A DNA stretch of 64,000 bases from assembly GCA_964397655.1 (NCBI GenBank), contig CAYNKA010000004.1, positions 249,413 to 313,412 on the forward strand, written 5' to 3'. The translations under genes and the position numbers were made by a program. Positions 37,611-47,734 of the stretch are shown one piece after another (the first letter of the stretch is position 1; each line of letters opens with the position of its first letter). The notes beneath the pieces are model-generated. The model was not told the DNA's origin. It was given only the letters and a program-made list of their open reading frames with translations, and searched no databases. This DNA comes from an uncultured Spirochaetaceae bacterium (lineage in GTDB: Bacteria > Spirochaetota > Spirochaetia > DTKZ01).

Positions 37611-37742
37611 GATTTGATCTCCATGTTGTTCGAATCCGAGCCGGGAGGCGGCTGTATCGCCGGCCGGCGGTTGATAATTGCCTTCCATAGTCGCTTCACA
37701 CCGTCCCGTTGTCAAGGTTAAAATGCCGAAGAGGTCTCAAAT

Positions 37743-38483
37743 ATGGAAAGACGATTCACGGACCTGAGGAACCTGGGCAAAACCGTCCTGATCTTCGATC
37801 TATTCCACACCCTGACCGATTTCGAGTCGAAATGGTCGACTATGCCGTCAACGTCCCGATTCCTGGGATTGGATTCGAAGGAATGGAATCGCCGCTTGTT
37901 TTACGATACCCACGACAGACTGTGCGGTTTCGTAAGGGACGAGTTCAGGATCCTGAGGGACATCGTGGACAAGATCGACCCCTCCATCGACGATTCCAGG
38001 GTCGAAGAAGCGGTTAAGCATCGCAAGGAAAGGTTCCGGCAGTGCCTGATGAATATTCCCGTCCGAAACGTCGAAACGCTGAGGCGCTTGAGGGAAGACG
38101 GCTACAGACTGGGGCTGCTCAGCAACGCCGACGTCATGGAAAAAGCCTTCTGGTCGGAATCGCCCTTGTTCGGATTGTTCGACAGCGTGGTTTTCTCCTG
38201 TGACGCGGGTTTCGCCAAACCGGAAAGGGAATTATTCGAGCTCTCCCTGAAGTCCCTCGGCTGTCTTCCCGTCGAGGCGGTGTTCATCGGCGACGGAGGC
38301 TCGGACGAGTTGAAAGGGGCGCGGGAGGCCGGGCTGGAAACCATTCTCATGTCGGGGATCATCGAGGAGCTGTGGCCCGAGAAAATACCCGAGAGGAGAG
38401 GATGGGCCGGCCATGAAATATCCGCCATATCCGATCTCATGGATGGCAGAATCATGATCCTGCCGAAGGAGGAACGAAGATGA
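37743..38483 (+). CDS. HAD-family hydrolase
   Basis: LIFDLFHTL, LLSN, KP and FIGDG...ELKGA...G motifs. Confidence 0.88.
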   Translation: MERRFTDLRNLGKTVLIFDLFHTLTDFESKWSTMPSTSRFLGLDSKEWNRRLFYDTHDRLCGFVRDEFRILRDIVDKIDPSIDDSRVEEAVKHRKERFRQCLMNIPVRNVETLRRLREDGYRLGLLSNADVMEKAFWSESPLFGLFDSVVFSCDAGFAKPERELFELSLKSLGCLPVEAVFIGDGGSDELKGAREAGLETILMSGIIEELWPEKIPERRGWAGHEISAISDLMDGRIMILPKEERR

Positions 38484-39895
38484 AGGATTTCCTGGATGAT
38501 GATTTTCTGCTGCAGAACGAGCCCGGCCGAGTCCTGTTCCACGACTATGCCGAGGGTATGCCGATCTTCGATTACCACAACCACCTCGTGCCTCGGCAGA
38601 TCGCCGAGGACGCGAAGTTCGAGAACCTCGCGAAGATCTGGTTCGACGGGGACCACTACAAATGGCGCCTCATGAGGGCTTTCGGCATAGAAGAAAAGTA
38701 CATAACCGGCGATGCCTCGGACTACGAGAAGTTCACGGCCTGGGCGAAGGTCGTTCCGTACACGATAGGCAACTGCCTGTACCAGTGGACCCACATGGAG
38801 CTGAAGAACCCCTTCGGCATCACCGGCAGGCTGTTCGGGCCGGACACGGCGGAGGAGATATGGAAGACCACCGCCGAGCTTCTGCGGCGGGACGACTTCT
38901 CCGTCTGCGGCATCATCCGAAGGATGAAGGTCAAGGTCATGTGCACGACCGACGACCCCGTCGATTCCCTCGACCAGCACGGGCTGATCCGCGAGCGGCA
39001 CGAGGGCTTCGCCGTGCTTCCCACCTTCCGGCCCGACAAGGCCCTCGACGCCGAGAACCCGGCGGCCTGGAACGCCTACCGGAAGAAGCTCGAGGCTGCA
39101 TCGGGAACTGTCGTCGATTCCTTCGAAACCTTCGTCCGCGCCCTGGACCTGCGTCACGAGTTCTTCCACCGCATGGGGGCGCGGGCCTCCGACCACGCGA
39201 TCCTGTGTCCTTTCGCGGAGGAGGCGTCCAAGGACGAGCTCGAGAAGATCTTCGGCAGGCTGCTCGGGAACGAGGAACTCACCGAAAAGGAACTCCTGCA
39301 GTTCAAGACCGCGGGGCTGTACGAGATCGGCAGGATGAACAGAAGGCGAGGCTGGGTGATGCAGCTTCACATGAGCGCGCTCAGGAACGGCAACCGGAGG
39401 CAGTTCGAGCTCCACGGGCCGGACTCCGGATTCAACTCCATGGCCGATTTCGCGGTCGCCGCTCCCCTCTCCCGCTTCCTCGATCTCCTGGACCGCACGG
39501 ACGAGCTGCCGAAGACGGTCCTCTTCACCCTGAACCAGAACCAGAACGACGTCCTCGCGGCAATGACCGGCAACTTCAACGACGGCAGCGTCCGCGGCAA
39601 GATCCAGTTCGGCGCGGCCTGGTGGTTCAACGATCAGAAGGACGGCATCGAACGCCATCTCACGTCGATCGCCAATATGGGGCTGATGGCCGTGTTCATC
39701 GGCATGCTCACCGACTCTCGCAGCGTCTTCTCGTTCATCCGGCACGAGTACTTCAGGAGGATAGTCTGCAACCTCGTGGGGAAGTGGATCGACGAGGGGG
39801 AACTTCCGCGCGACTTCCCGCACCTGGGAGGCATCGTGCGGGACATCTGCTACAACAACGCGCTCTCCTACTTCGGCGTAGAGGAGCCCCGGTAG
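38480..39895 (+). CDS. uxaC: Uronate (glucuronate) isomerase
   Basis: PIFDYHNHL, DHYKWRLMR, CTTDDP, WWFND and GMLTDSRS...RHEYFRR motifs. Confidence 0.97.
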   Translation: MKDFLDDDFLLQNEPGRVLFHDYAEGMPIFDYHNHLVPRQIAEDAKFENLAKIWFDGDHYKWRLMRAFGIEEKYITGDASDYEKFTAWAKVVPYTIGNCLYQWTHMELKNPFGITGRLFGPDTAEEIWKTTAELLRRDDFSVCGIIRRMKVKVMCTTDDPVDSLDQHGLIRERHEGFAVLPTFRPDKALDAENPAAWNAYRKKLEAASGTVVDSFETFVRALDLRHEFFHRMGARASDHAILCPFAEEASKDELEKIFGRLLGNEELTEKELLQFKTAGLYEIGRMNRRRGWVMQLHMSALRNGNRRQFELHGPDSGFNSMADFAVAAPLSRFLDLLDRTDELPKTVLFTLNQNQNDVLAAMTGNFNDGSVRGKIQFGAAWWFNDQKDGIERHLTSIANMGLMAVFIGMLTDSRSVFSFIRHEYFRRIVCNLVGKWIDEGELPRDFPHLGGIVRDICYNNALSYFGVEEPR

Positions 39896-39935
39896 GCACG
39901 GCTCCTGCGAGGACGCTCCTCCGGATGCGCGGAAT

Positions 39936-41129
39936 TCAGGTCCCCGCTCCTCTACGCGAAAGTCCGGCGGCGAAGGACCTTGCGAGGAGGAAGAGCAGCG
40001 CTCCTGACGCGACGAAAGACGGCCCGTAGCCGATGAGGCCGATGAGCCTTCCGACTGCGGTGACTCCGACCGCCTGGCCGAGGAAAAGCCCGAACGCGAA
40101 GATCGCTATGCTTGTCCCCCGGGCTCCGGGATTCATTTCCGTGGCCTTCGTCTGCAGGGTGTTGTGGAAGAGGTAGAGACCGAAGCCCGAAAGCATGAAG
40201 AGCGGCGCGGCGGCCTGCCAGAAGGGGATGAAGGCGAGGATTCCGAAGCAAGCGAGGAGCACGGCTCCCGCGGACTTCACGAACGTCGACTCGTCCATCG
40301 CAGCGAGGAGTCTGCGGACGAGCAGGCTGTAGATGAAGCCCCCCATCCCGTAGCAGGCCATGAGGGATCCCGTGACCGCGTAGGAAAGCGAGAATTTCGT
40401 CCTGAGGTATACGCCTGCGAACGCGAACGAACCGAAAAAAAGCCCGCCTTCGAGGAAGACCGTGACGACTACGGTGCGGACCCACGGATCCCGCAGCGCC
40501 TCGGCGTAGCTCTTCAGGAACGAAGTCCGGGCGGTGCAGGGAGGCGCCGCGGCAACGTCGGTTGCCGGACTTTTCTTCCCGGCCTCCCGGACGAGAAGGA
40601 GACCTACGATGAGGAATACGGCCGACAGAGCGTAAAACACATCCCTCCAGCTCAGCGCCTGGGCGAGGAAGCCTCCCAACGCGGGACCGAGCACCTGACC
40701 CATCAGGAGAAAGCCGACGAACCGGCCCAAGGTCGCCTGTCGCGTCTCGTAGGTGGTGACGTCGCCAATCCAGGCGAGCGAAAGGGGGACGATCGCCGCT
40801 GCGCCCATCCCCGCCGCGAAACGAAGGAGGGTGAGCGCGCGGATGGACGGAGCGAAGGCGGAGCCGAGCGATGCCGCGGCGGCCAGGAGGGTGGCGACTG
40901 AGATGACCCTGAGCTTGCCGAAACGGTCGCCCACGGGTCCGTACACGATTTGGAACAAACCGTAGGCGAGGGAAAAGGCGGTGACCACCACCGCGGCCGA
41001 TACCGGCTCCGCGCCGAAGTCCTCGGCTACCTTCGGCAGAAGGGCGTCGAAGAGACGCAGGTTCGCTCCGGAGACGAAGGCCGCGGCCGCGAGTGTGTGG
41101 AAAGTGGATCGTTCGACGAGTTTTTTCAT
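39936..41129 (-). CDS. MFS transporter
   Basis: About 12 TM segments, GP.GDRFGKLR motif A. Confidence 0.88.
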   Translation of the reverse strand: MKKLVERSTFHTLAAAAFVSGANLRLFDALLPKVAEDFGAEPVSAAVVVTAFSLAYGLFQIVYGPVGDRFGKLRVISVATLLAAAASLGSAFAPSIRALTLLRFAAGMGAAAIVPLSLAWIGDVTTYETRQATLGRFVGFLLMGQVLGPALGGFLAQALSWRDVFYALSAVFLIVGLLLVREAGKKSPATDVAAAPPCTARTSFLKSYAEALRDPWVRTVVVTVFLEGGLFFGSFAFAGVYLRTKFSLSYAVTGSLMACYGMGGFIYSLLVRRLLAAMDESTFVKSAGAVLLACFGILAFIPFWQAAAPLFMLSGFGLYLFHNTLQTKATEMNPGARGTSIAIFAFGLFLGQAVGVTAVGRLIGLIGYGPSFVASGALLFLLARSFAAGLSRRGAGT

Positions 41130-41206
41130 GCCTTCATCCTGCGCATCGCATTCTTTCCGTGATCGAACCGTTGTACTCCGTCGATCCTGAGCGGTGCTTG
41201 GTTTGC

Positions 41207-41535
41207 TTATTGAAGCTCTTTGTAAGAGAAGATTCTCAAATTCCAATCTTTGCATGTCTTCAAGAGAATCTCCAGCCGTTCACGGGTTATACCCCACTTG
41301 TACGAGTTTATGCTGTGCGAAGTGAAAGGGATGACAGCGTTCGATTCGTATCGTATGCGTCGAAGAGATCGATATTCGTCTCCCACGTATCCGGGCTGTA
41401 ATCGTCGAAACTCAAAACGATCCCAGAAGTTCCTGATGGGACGTCGGAGCGTTCGAATGAACAGGATAAAAAAAAAGAGAAAGCAAGGCATCCTATCATG
41501 TGGAGCCAGGATGGTTGCAAGACCTGCTGTTTCAC
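41207..41535 (-). pseudogene. Polysaccharide deacetylase (NodB/CE4-like) lipoprotein remnant
   Basis: One frame gives a lipobox-like CLAFSFFLSC and the CE4-like motif GIVLSFDDYSPDTW...DLFDAY. A second frame then gives a C-terminal-like FTSHSI...WGITRERLEILL...LRIFSYKELQ*. The middle is missing and the region is AT-richer. Confidence 0.6.
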
Positions 41536-41686
41536 GAAAGCGGCGAATTCACGGCACAGCAGCTTCGTCGAGGTACTCATTGATGAAAGAGCATTTTCCA
41601 TGTTTTCGTCGTACCGCTTCAACAGCGATGATTATAAAATGATATAACATAGAAGCGGTTTCTTTTCTACATGCCGGTGTCCGCGA

Positions 41687-42736
41687 TCACGGCAGATCCG
41701 CGGCCATCCCGTAATCCCGCGCCAATCCCTCGAGACTCGCCGTGACGTGATCGGGCAGTTCGATCCCCTCTCTGAGGGCCTTTTCCCGCCGTTCCCATTC
41801 CATTTCGCCCGGCAGGTAGATGCGCTTCGCGCCTTCGGCGAGGGGTGCGCTCTTTATCTGACGGATGAGACCGTCCATTCTCTTCCCGAACTCGACCCGA
41901 GGCATGAAAGCCTCGACGTCGATGGCGATATAACTGTGCGATTGGTTCACGCCTGCGGTTACCGGCATGAGCCAGCTCGTGATTTCGTTTCCTACTGCTC
42001 CTCCGGCGATTACGCCGGTGAGGATTTCCACGAGGAGAGCGATCCCGTAACCCTTGTGGCCCGCCATGGGCTGCAGCGCTCCTTCCGCCGGATACCGGGA
42101 CGGGTCGTTCGTGGGCAGCCCGTTTTTGTCCACGAGCCAGCCGTCGGGCAGATTCTGCTTCATGTCCCGCAGGGCGAACACCTTGCTCGCCGCCACGACG
42201 CTCGTGGCGATGTCGAACAATATCGGATGCTCCTCGCCGGCCGGGACCGCATAGGCCAGAGGATTGGTGCCGAGCACGGCCGCCCGCGACCCGGGGACTG
42301 CGACTCCGGGATCGACGTTGGTCATACACAGGCCTATCATTCCGGCTTGTGCCGCAAGGTTTGCGTAGTATCCCGCGGCTCCGAAGTGTCCGCTGTTCCT
42401 GACCGCGGCGACTGCGATGCCGGTCCGTTTCGCCTTCTCGAGGACGGTATTCACGGCTCGGACGGAGCTTACCATGGGCATGGCGCGGCGGCCGTCGAAG
42501 ACCGCCCATCCCGGGCCTTCGGATACGAGTTCCGCAGAAGCCCCGATTCTCATTCTCCCGTCCCGATAGTTCTTCAACAATCCGCGAAGCTGCTTCGTGC
42601 CGTGCGTGAATACCCCCCAGCTGTCGGTGGTCACGAGGACGTCCGCGGTGATCGCGGCCTCCTCGGCGTTCATTCCTGCTCTGCGCATCGCCTCCGTGCA
42701 GAATTCCGTCAGTTTGCCTATTTCCGTCTTTTTCAT
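41687..42736 (-). CDS. Ldh_2-family (malate/L-lactate/ureidoglycolate-type) oxidoreductase
   Basis: D..GV.THG, VRNSGHFGA.G.Y, GTNP.A, D.ATS, GHKGYG and YLPGE motifs. Confidence 0.9.
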   Translation of the reverse strand: MKKTEIGKLTEFCTEAMRRAGMNAEEAAITADVLVTTDSWGVFTHGTKQLRGLLKNYRDGRMRIGASAELVSEGPGWAVFDGRRAMPMVSSVRAVNTVLEKAKRTGIAVAAVRNSGHFGAAGYYANLAAQAGMIGLCMTNVDPGVAVPGSRAAVLGTNPLAYAVPAGEEHPILFDIATSVVAASKVFALRDMKQNLPDGWLVDKNGLPTNDPSRYPAEGALQPMAGHKGYGIALLVEILTGVIAGGAVGNEITSWLMPVTAGVNQSHSYIAIDVEAFMPRVEFGKRMDGLIRQIKSAPLAEGAKRIYLPGEMEWERREKALREGIELPDHVTASLEGLARDYGMAADLP

Positions 42737-42761
42737 GTTTTTCCGCCTTTCCGCAGTCCGC

Positions 42762-44033
42762 TCAAGCTCCGAAGATGAGGTTCGGAAGCCAAAGACAAAT
42801 CGCCGGAACGAAGGTGATGAGGAGGAGAACGGCGATCAGGACGATCACATGAGGAACGCAGGCCTTCGCTATGCTTTCGAAGGGCTTTTTCGAGAGGGAT
42901 GAAAGGACGTACAGGACCACGCCCACGGGCGGGGTGATGAGCCCGATCATCAGGTTGAGGATGACGATGAGGCCGAGATGCACCGGATCGATGCCGAAGC
43001 CGACGGCCACGGGCAGGAGGATCGGAGTCAGGATCATGATCGCAGCCACGGTCTCCATGAAGCAGCCCACGACCAGCAGGAAGACGTTTATCACGAGGAG
43101 CATCAGGAATTTGTTCGAAAAGCTGCCGATGAAGAATTCCGCGGCCCTCTGGGGGATCTGCTCGCTCGCGAGGATCCAGCCGAACAGCGATGAACTGCAG
43201 ACGATGAAGAGAAGAGGCGCTATCACGCTAGCGGTCTCGCGGAAAAATTTCCAGAGCTGCTTTGCGTCGATGGTCTTGTAGACGAAACCCAGGCCTACGG
43301 CGTAGATCACGGTCGCGACGGCAGCTTCGGTGGGCGTGAAAACGCCGCCGAGGATGCCGGCTACCACGAGGAGCGGCGTCAGGAGGGGGAAGAAAGCGTA
43401 TCGCAGGGATTTCGCGAATTCACGGAAGGTCGGTTTCGGTTCCTTGGGATATCCGCGCTTTTTCGCCTGTACCGTGACGAGGATGCTCAGAGCCACCCCC
43501 ATGATCAGGCCCGGAACGAAGCCCGCGGCGAAGAGCCGTCCGACGGAAACTCCGGCCGTCACGCCGAAGATGACGGCGGGAACGCTCGGAGGGATGATCG
43601 GACCGATGGTGGAGGAGCTGGCGGTGATCGCCAGGGAGAACTCGTCGTCGTAGCCCGCGTCCCGCATCGCCTTGAGCTCGATCTGTCCGAGACCGGCGGC
43701 GTCCGCGACCGCGGCGCCGGACATCCCCGCGAAAATGACGCTTGCGAGGACGTTCGCGTAGCCGAGTCCGCCGGGGAAACGGCCGACGCATTTCTTGGTG
43801 AAATCGAAGATCCTTTCGGTGACTCCGGCGGTGTTCATGATCGCCGCGGCGAGGATGAAACCGGGAACCGCGAGCAGGGGAAACGAGTCCACTCCCACCC
43901 AGATTCTCTGCACGGCGATGCCGAAGGGGATGTCGTTCACGAACATGTAGAGCAGGGAACTCGCGAACATGCTGAAGGCGACCGGCATTTTGAACACCAG
44001 GAGGATGATGAAGGTCCCTAAGAGTAAGATCAT
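42762..44033 (-). CDS. dctM: TRAP large permease
   Basis: DSFPLLAVP.F, SGAAVADAA, GPIIPPS, FTPTEAA and GLITPPVG motifs. Confidence 0.92.
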   Translation of the reverse strand: MILLLGTFIILLVFKMPVAFSMFASSLLYMFVNDIPFGIAVQRIWVGVDSFPLLAVPGFILAAAIMNTAGVTERIFDFTKKCVGRFPGGLGYANVLASVIFAGMSGAAVADAAGLGQIELKAMRDAGYDDEFSLAITASSSTIGPIIPPSVPAVIFGVTAGVSVGRLFAAGFVPGLIMGVALSILVTVQAKKRGYPKEPKPTFREFAKSLRYAFFPLLTPLLVVAGILGGVFTPTEAAVATVIYAVGLGFVYKTIDAKQLWKFFRETASVIAPLLFIVCSSSLFGWILASEQIPQRAAEFFIGSFSNKFLMLLVINVFLLVVGCFMETVAAIMILTPILLPVAVGFGIDPVHLGLIVILNLMIGLITPPVGVVLYVLSSLSKKPFESIAKACVPHVIVLIAVLLLITFVPAICLWLPNLIFGA

Positions 44034-44530
44034 TCTACGTATACCTCCGTTTCGCTTTCCGATCCGCCTTTGGCGACGTCGACGATGTCCAAGCAAAGAC
44101 GCAGGACGAGCAGGCTGCACCCGACGGGAACAGCCGCCATGACGAAACTCATGGGGATTTCCAGGCCCACGGCCTTGATCTTGTTCTGGGCGGAGAGGAG
44201 GGGGATGGAAATCGGGATGACGATCGAGTAACAGATGATCGCGATCGAATCGACGGCGATCTGGACGATTTTCCGGAGGGCGGGGGAAAGCATCTTGAAA
44301 AACACCGTCAATTCGATGTGGGAACGATGCCTTACGCCGTATCCCGCGCCTATGAAGGCGATCCAGATGTACAGGTAACGGGCCAATTCCTCGGTCCAGA
44401 CCAAGGGATTGTTCAGGATGTATCTGAAGAAAACCTGAACCGCCATGGACGTCATCATGACCATGAGGAGGATGATGATGAAACCCTCCTCCAACCGGTC
44501 TAACAGTCTCAGCATGTTCTTTTTGCTCAT
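44030..44530 (-). CDS. dctQ: TRAP small permease
   Basis: QVFFRYILNNPL.WTEELARYL.IW..FIGA and HI motifs. Confidence 0.9.
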   Translation of the reverse strand: MSKKNMLRLLDRLEEGFIIILLMVMMTSMAVQVFFRYILNNPLVWTEELARYLYIWIAFIGAGYGVRHRSHIELTVFFKMLSPALRKIVQIAVDSIAIICYSIVIPISIPLLSAQNKIKAVGLEIPMSFVMAAVPVGCSLLVLRLCLDIVDVAKGGSESETEVYVE

Positions 44531-44558
44531 GGTTCATTCCTCTCGCGGCGACGACGTC

Positions 44559-44589
44559 CGCGAGCGGAGGCTCAACGCCTCCGCTCGCG
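44559..44589. repeat. Perfect 13-bp inverted repeat between dctP and dctQ (mRNA-stabilising or attenuating hairpin)
   Basis: CGCGAGCGGAGGC-TCAAC-GCCTCCGCTCGCG, with no U-tract. Confidence 0.6.
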
Positions 44590-44598
44590 GAGCCCGGC

Positions 44599-45609
44599 TC
44601 ACTGAACGTTGCGGAGCTTCTCGTACAGTCCTGGGAAGTTGTTCTGCTTCTCCCACTCGTCCACCATGGGAAGGACCGCTTTTCGGAAAGCCTCCCTGTC
44701 CGGCTCGATCACCTGCATGCCTCGCTTCACGAGATCGTCGAACAGCGTTTTTTCCGCGTTGAGGATCGTCTGGTCCGCGGATTTCTCGAACCTCTTCGCA
44801 CACTCCGTGAAGGTCTTCTTGAGGTCCGGCGGGAGAGCCTGGAATTTCTTCTCGGAAATCCAAATGGCGTTGGGCGGACACATGTGGGCCGTCAGGATCA
44901 GGTATTTCTGGACTTCGTAGAACTTCATGCCGTGGATTGTGGGAATCGGGTTGACCTGTCCTTCCACGACCTTCTGGGAAAGCGCGAGATAGACTTCGGC
45001 CAGCGCCATCGGGACGGGGTTGGCCCCCATCAATTGGACGATCCTCTTGATGATCGGCTGGTCGTAGACGCGGATCTTCACGCCCTTGAGGTCGGCGGGG
45101 CTCTTGACCGGGGTGTTCGCCGTCGTCATGTGGTTGATCCCGTACCAGACGTTGGCGATCATCCTCACGTTCAGCGTTTTCGCCATCTCTTCGACCATTT
45201 CCTGGTACGCCGGACTCGCGGTCACTTTCCGGAGATGTTCGTAGCCGTTGAAGAAATACGGAAGGACCTCCACGAGTATCTTCGCGTATCGCTTTCCCAT
45301 TTCGCCCGTCCCGACGTGACCCATCTCGATGGTGTTGGCCACCAGGGCGTCGGCCACGTCCTTTTCCACTCCCAGCTGGGATGCCGGATAGACGTTGATC
45401 ACGACCTTGCCGCCCGTGCTCGCCTTGACGTCGTCGGCGAACTTCCGGAATTCCGCGACATAGGCGTGGTCCATGGACATGTGGGTCGCGAATTTGTAGG
45501 TGACGGGCTTGAATTCGTCCTTCGAAGCCGCCGCCTCCTTGCTTCCTCCCGCGAACAGGGGAACCGAGAGGACCGCGAGAGCGAGAATCGCCGCGCTGAT
45601 GATTTTCAT
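44599..45609 (-). CDS. dctP: TRAP substrate-binding protein
   Basis: Signal peptide plus GGSKE, YPASQLG.E, DLKGVKIRV and EVYLALSQKVVEGQ.NP motifs. Confidence 0.92.
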   Translation of the reverse strand: MKIISAAILALAVLSVPLFAGGSKEAAASKDEFKPVTYKFATHMSMDHAYVAEFRKFADDVKASTGGKVVINVYPASQLGVEKDVADALVANTIEMGHVGTGEMGKRYAKILVEVLPYFFNGYEHLRKVTASPAYQEMVEEMAKTLNVRMIANVWYGINHMTTANTPVKSPADLKGVKIRVYDQPIIKRIVQLMGANPVPMALAEVYLALSQKVVEGQVNPIPTIHGMKFYEVQKYLILTAHMCPPNAIWISEKKFQALPPDLKKTFTECAKRFEKSADQTILNAEKTLFDDLVKRGMQVIEPDREAFRKAVLPMVDEWEKQNNFPGLYEKLRNVQ

Positions 45610-45686
45610 TGTCTTGCCTCCTGAATTTTTATCTTTGCCGTTTTCTATGCGTTTTCTAGAAACCTCCGTCCTTCTTCAACCGTTTT

Positions 45687-46658
45687 TCACCTCCTTTTTT
45701 CCGAGTATCCGGAACGGAACGCATCGAACATTCTCCGGATATTTTCCGGTCGAGCTCCGAGGCCGACGAGGTCCGTCGGGACGACTCCGATGAGGCCTCC
45801 TCCGCGGTCGCCGAGATGCTCGACGAGCAGTCCGATCTCGCGGTCGATGTCTTCGCCGCTGCCGGTTATGCCGGTGGTCTGATAGCTCACCGGGCAGGCA
45901 AAGCACAGCCTGCCCGAGAAATCGGCGCCCATGCGCTCGATGCCGTTTATGTTCGGCTGCCCGGGATTGAGGATGTCCAGTCCGATGTCGATGAAGTCGG
46001 GAATGATGTCGTAGATGTATCCGCAACAGTGGAAATACACGTCCAGCCCGCAGGAATGGGCCAGCTCGATCTGCCGCCGGTAACGGGGCTTGAAGATTTC
46101 CCTCCAGAGCGCGGGCGATATGAACAGGCTCTGCTGGGTTCCCCAATCGTCGGCGAGGCCCACGGAGTCGAAACCTGCGGCTTTGAGCCCCGTTATCACG
46201 GCCTCCTCGAAACCGAACACGACGTCGGCGAGCCTTTCGACGTTTTCGCGCTCCAGGATCAGGTCCTCCATGACACGGGAGAATCCCCTGAGGCAGCTCA
46301 TGACCGCGAAGCCCGACAGGACGAAGTTCGCCTTGTAGTACTTGCCGGCTCCGAGCTCCGCCTTCTTGGCCCTCATCGCATCGAAGCGACCCGCCTCGAG
46401 CGGATCGGGCGCCCGATAGCTCTTCAGGTCGGACCAGGCCTCTATGACCGGCCTTTCGGGCTGTCCCAGGGCGAGATCGTTTTCGAGATGAGACCACCTG
46501 AAACCCCATTCGGAGGTCTTCCTGTCGGCGCCGAGATGATTCGAGGTGACTTCGACGTTCACGATGTCCGAAAGCCCCCAGTCGTACGGGTACTGCACGG
46601 GTATGCGTTCGGGGTCTTCGAACGAGATCGCCCTTTTTACCAGCTCTTTTCCGTCCAT
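45687..46658 (-). CDS. Uroporphyrinogen decarboxylase / MtaA-CmuA-fold protein 3
   Basis: DDWGTQ.SLFISP..WREIFKP.Y, YFHCCG and IDIGLDILNP motifs. Confidence 0.8.
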   Translation of the reverse strand: MDGKELVKRAISFEDPERIPVQYPYDWGLSDIVNVEVTSNHLGADRKTSEWGFRWSHLENDLALGQPERPVIEAWSDLKSYRAPDPLEAGRFDAMRAKKAELGAGKYYKANFVLSGFAVMSCLRGFSRVMEDLILERENVERLADVVFGFEEAVITGLKAAGFDSVGLADDWGTQQSLFISPALWREIFKPRYRRQIELAHSCGLDVYFHCCGYIYDIIPDFIDIGLDILNPGQPNINGIERMGADFSGRLCFACPVSYQTTGITGSGEDIDREIGLLVEHLGDRGGGLIGVVPTDLVGLGARPENIRRMFDAFRSGYSEKRR

Positions 46659-46670
46659 GCGGCTTCCCCC

Positions 46671-47714
46671 TCAGCGCTGGATCCTTCCGGATGCGTCGCC
46701 GTGCATGAGGGCCAGAACCTCGTCGAAGCTGACGAGGTTCACGTCGCCGTGGATAGAATGCTTCAGGCACGATGCCGCTGCCGCGAATTCGACCGTTTCC
46801 CGGAGGTCCTGCCCCGTGAGGAGGCCGTAAATGATGCCCGCGGAATACGCGTCCCCTCCGCCTATCCTGTCGATGACCGGGTCGATGTGGTATTTGCGGC
46901 TGACGTAGAAGGAACGTCCGTCGTAGAGCATCCCGGACCAGTCGTTCACGGTCGCGGATACGCTTTCCCGTAAGGTTATGGAGACGTATTCGAAGCCGAA
47001 ACGATCCTTGAGCTGACGCGCGACGTCGCGGTAACCCTCTTCGTTCAGGGAGCCGGCCTTGACGTTCGTGCCTCCGGCCCGGATGCCGAAAACGACCTCC
47101 GCTTCCTCCTCGTTGGTGAACAGGACGTCGACGTACTGCATGAGCCCGCCCATGACCTCGCGGGCCTTTTCCGCGGACCAGAGCTTCTTCCGGAAGTTGA
47201 GGTCGGCGCTCACCGTGACGCCGCTGCGTTTGGCCGCGGCGCAGGCTTCGCGCGTCATGTCCGCGACGGAATCCGAGAGGGCCGGAGTTATGCCCGTGAA
47301 ATGGAACCAATGCTTGCCCGCGAAGATGGCGTCCCAATCGAAGTCGCCCGACTTGAGTTCGGTTATCGAGCTGCCCTTGCGGTTGTACAGAAAGGTGGAC
47401 GGCCTCTGGGACGCCCCGGTTTCCACGTAGTAGATGCCGAGACGGAAGCCGTTCCTCTTCACGTTCTCCAGGCCGAGGCCGTACTGCCTCATGTAGGCGA
47501 TGCACGCGTCCCCGACCGCGTTGTCCGGGACGCTCGAAACCATGTGGCTGCGGACTCCGTAATTGACGAGCGAGACTCCCAGGTTCGCCTCCGCGCCGGA
47601 ATAGCTCACGTCGAATTCCCGAGCCTGGACGATGCGTTCGTGCCTTTTCGTGGACAGCCTCATCATGAGCTCCCCGAAGAACACGGCCTGCTTGTCCGTC
47701 TGTTTCCTTTCCAT
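46671..47714 (-). CDS. kdgK: PfkB-family 2-keto-3-deoxygluconate kinase
   Basis: FGE.MMRLS, GAEAN, HFTGITPAL, DLNFRKKLW and DRIGGGDA motifs. Confidence 0.9.
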   Translation of the reverse strand: MERKQTDKQAVFFGELMMRLSTKRHERIVQAREFDVSYSGAEANLGVSLVNYGVRSHMVSSVPDNAVGDACIAYMRQYGLGLENVKRNGFRLGIYYVETGASQRPSTFLYNRKGSSITELKSGDFDWDAIFAGKHWFHFTGITPALSDSVADMTREACAAAKRSGVTVSADLNFRKKLWSAEKAREVMGGLMQYVDVLFTNEEEAEVVFGIRAGGTNVKAGSLNEEGYRDVARQLKDRFGFEYVSITLRESVSATVNDWSGMLYDGRSFYVSRKYHIDPVIDRIGGGDAYSAGIIYGLLTGQDLRETVEFAAAASCLKHSIHGDVNLVSFDEVLALMHGDASGRIQR

Positions 47715-47734
47715 GGTGAATCTCCCCTTCCCGG

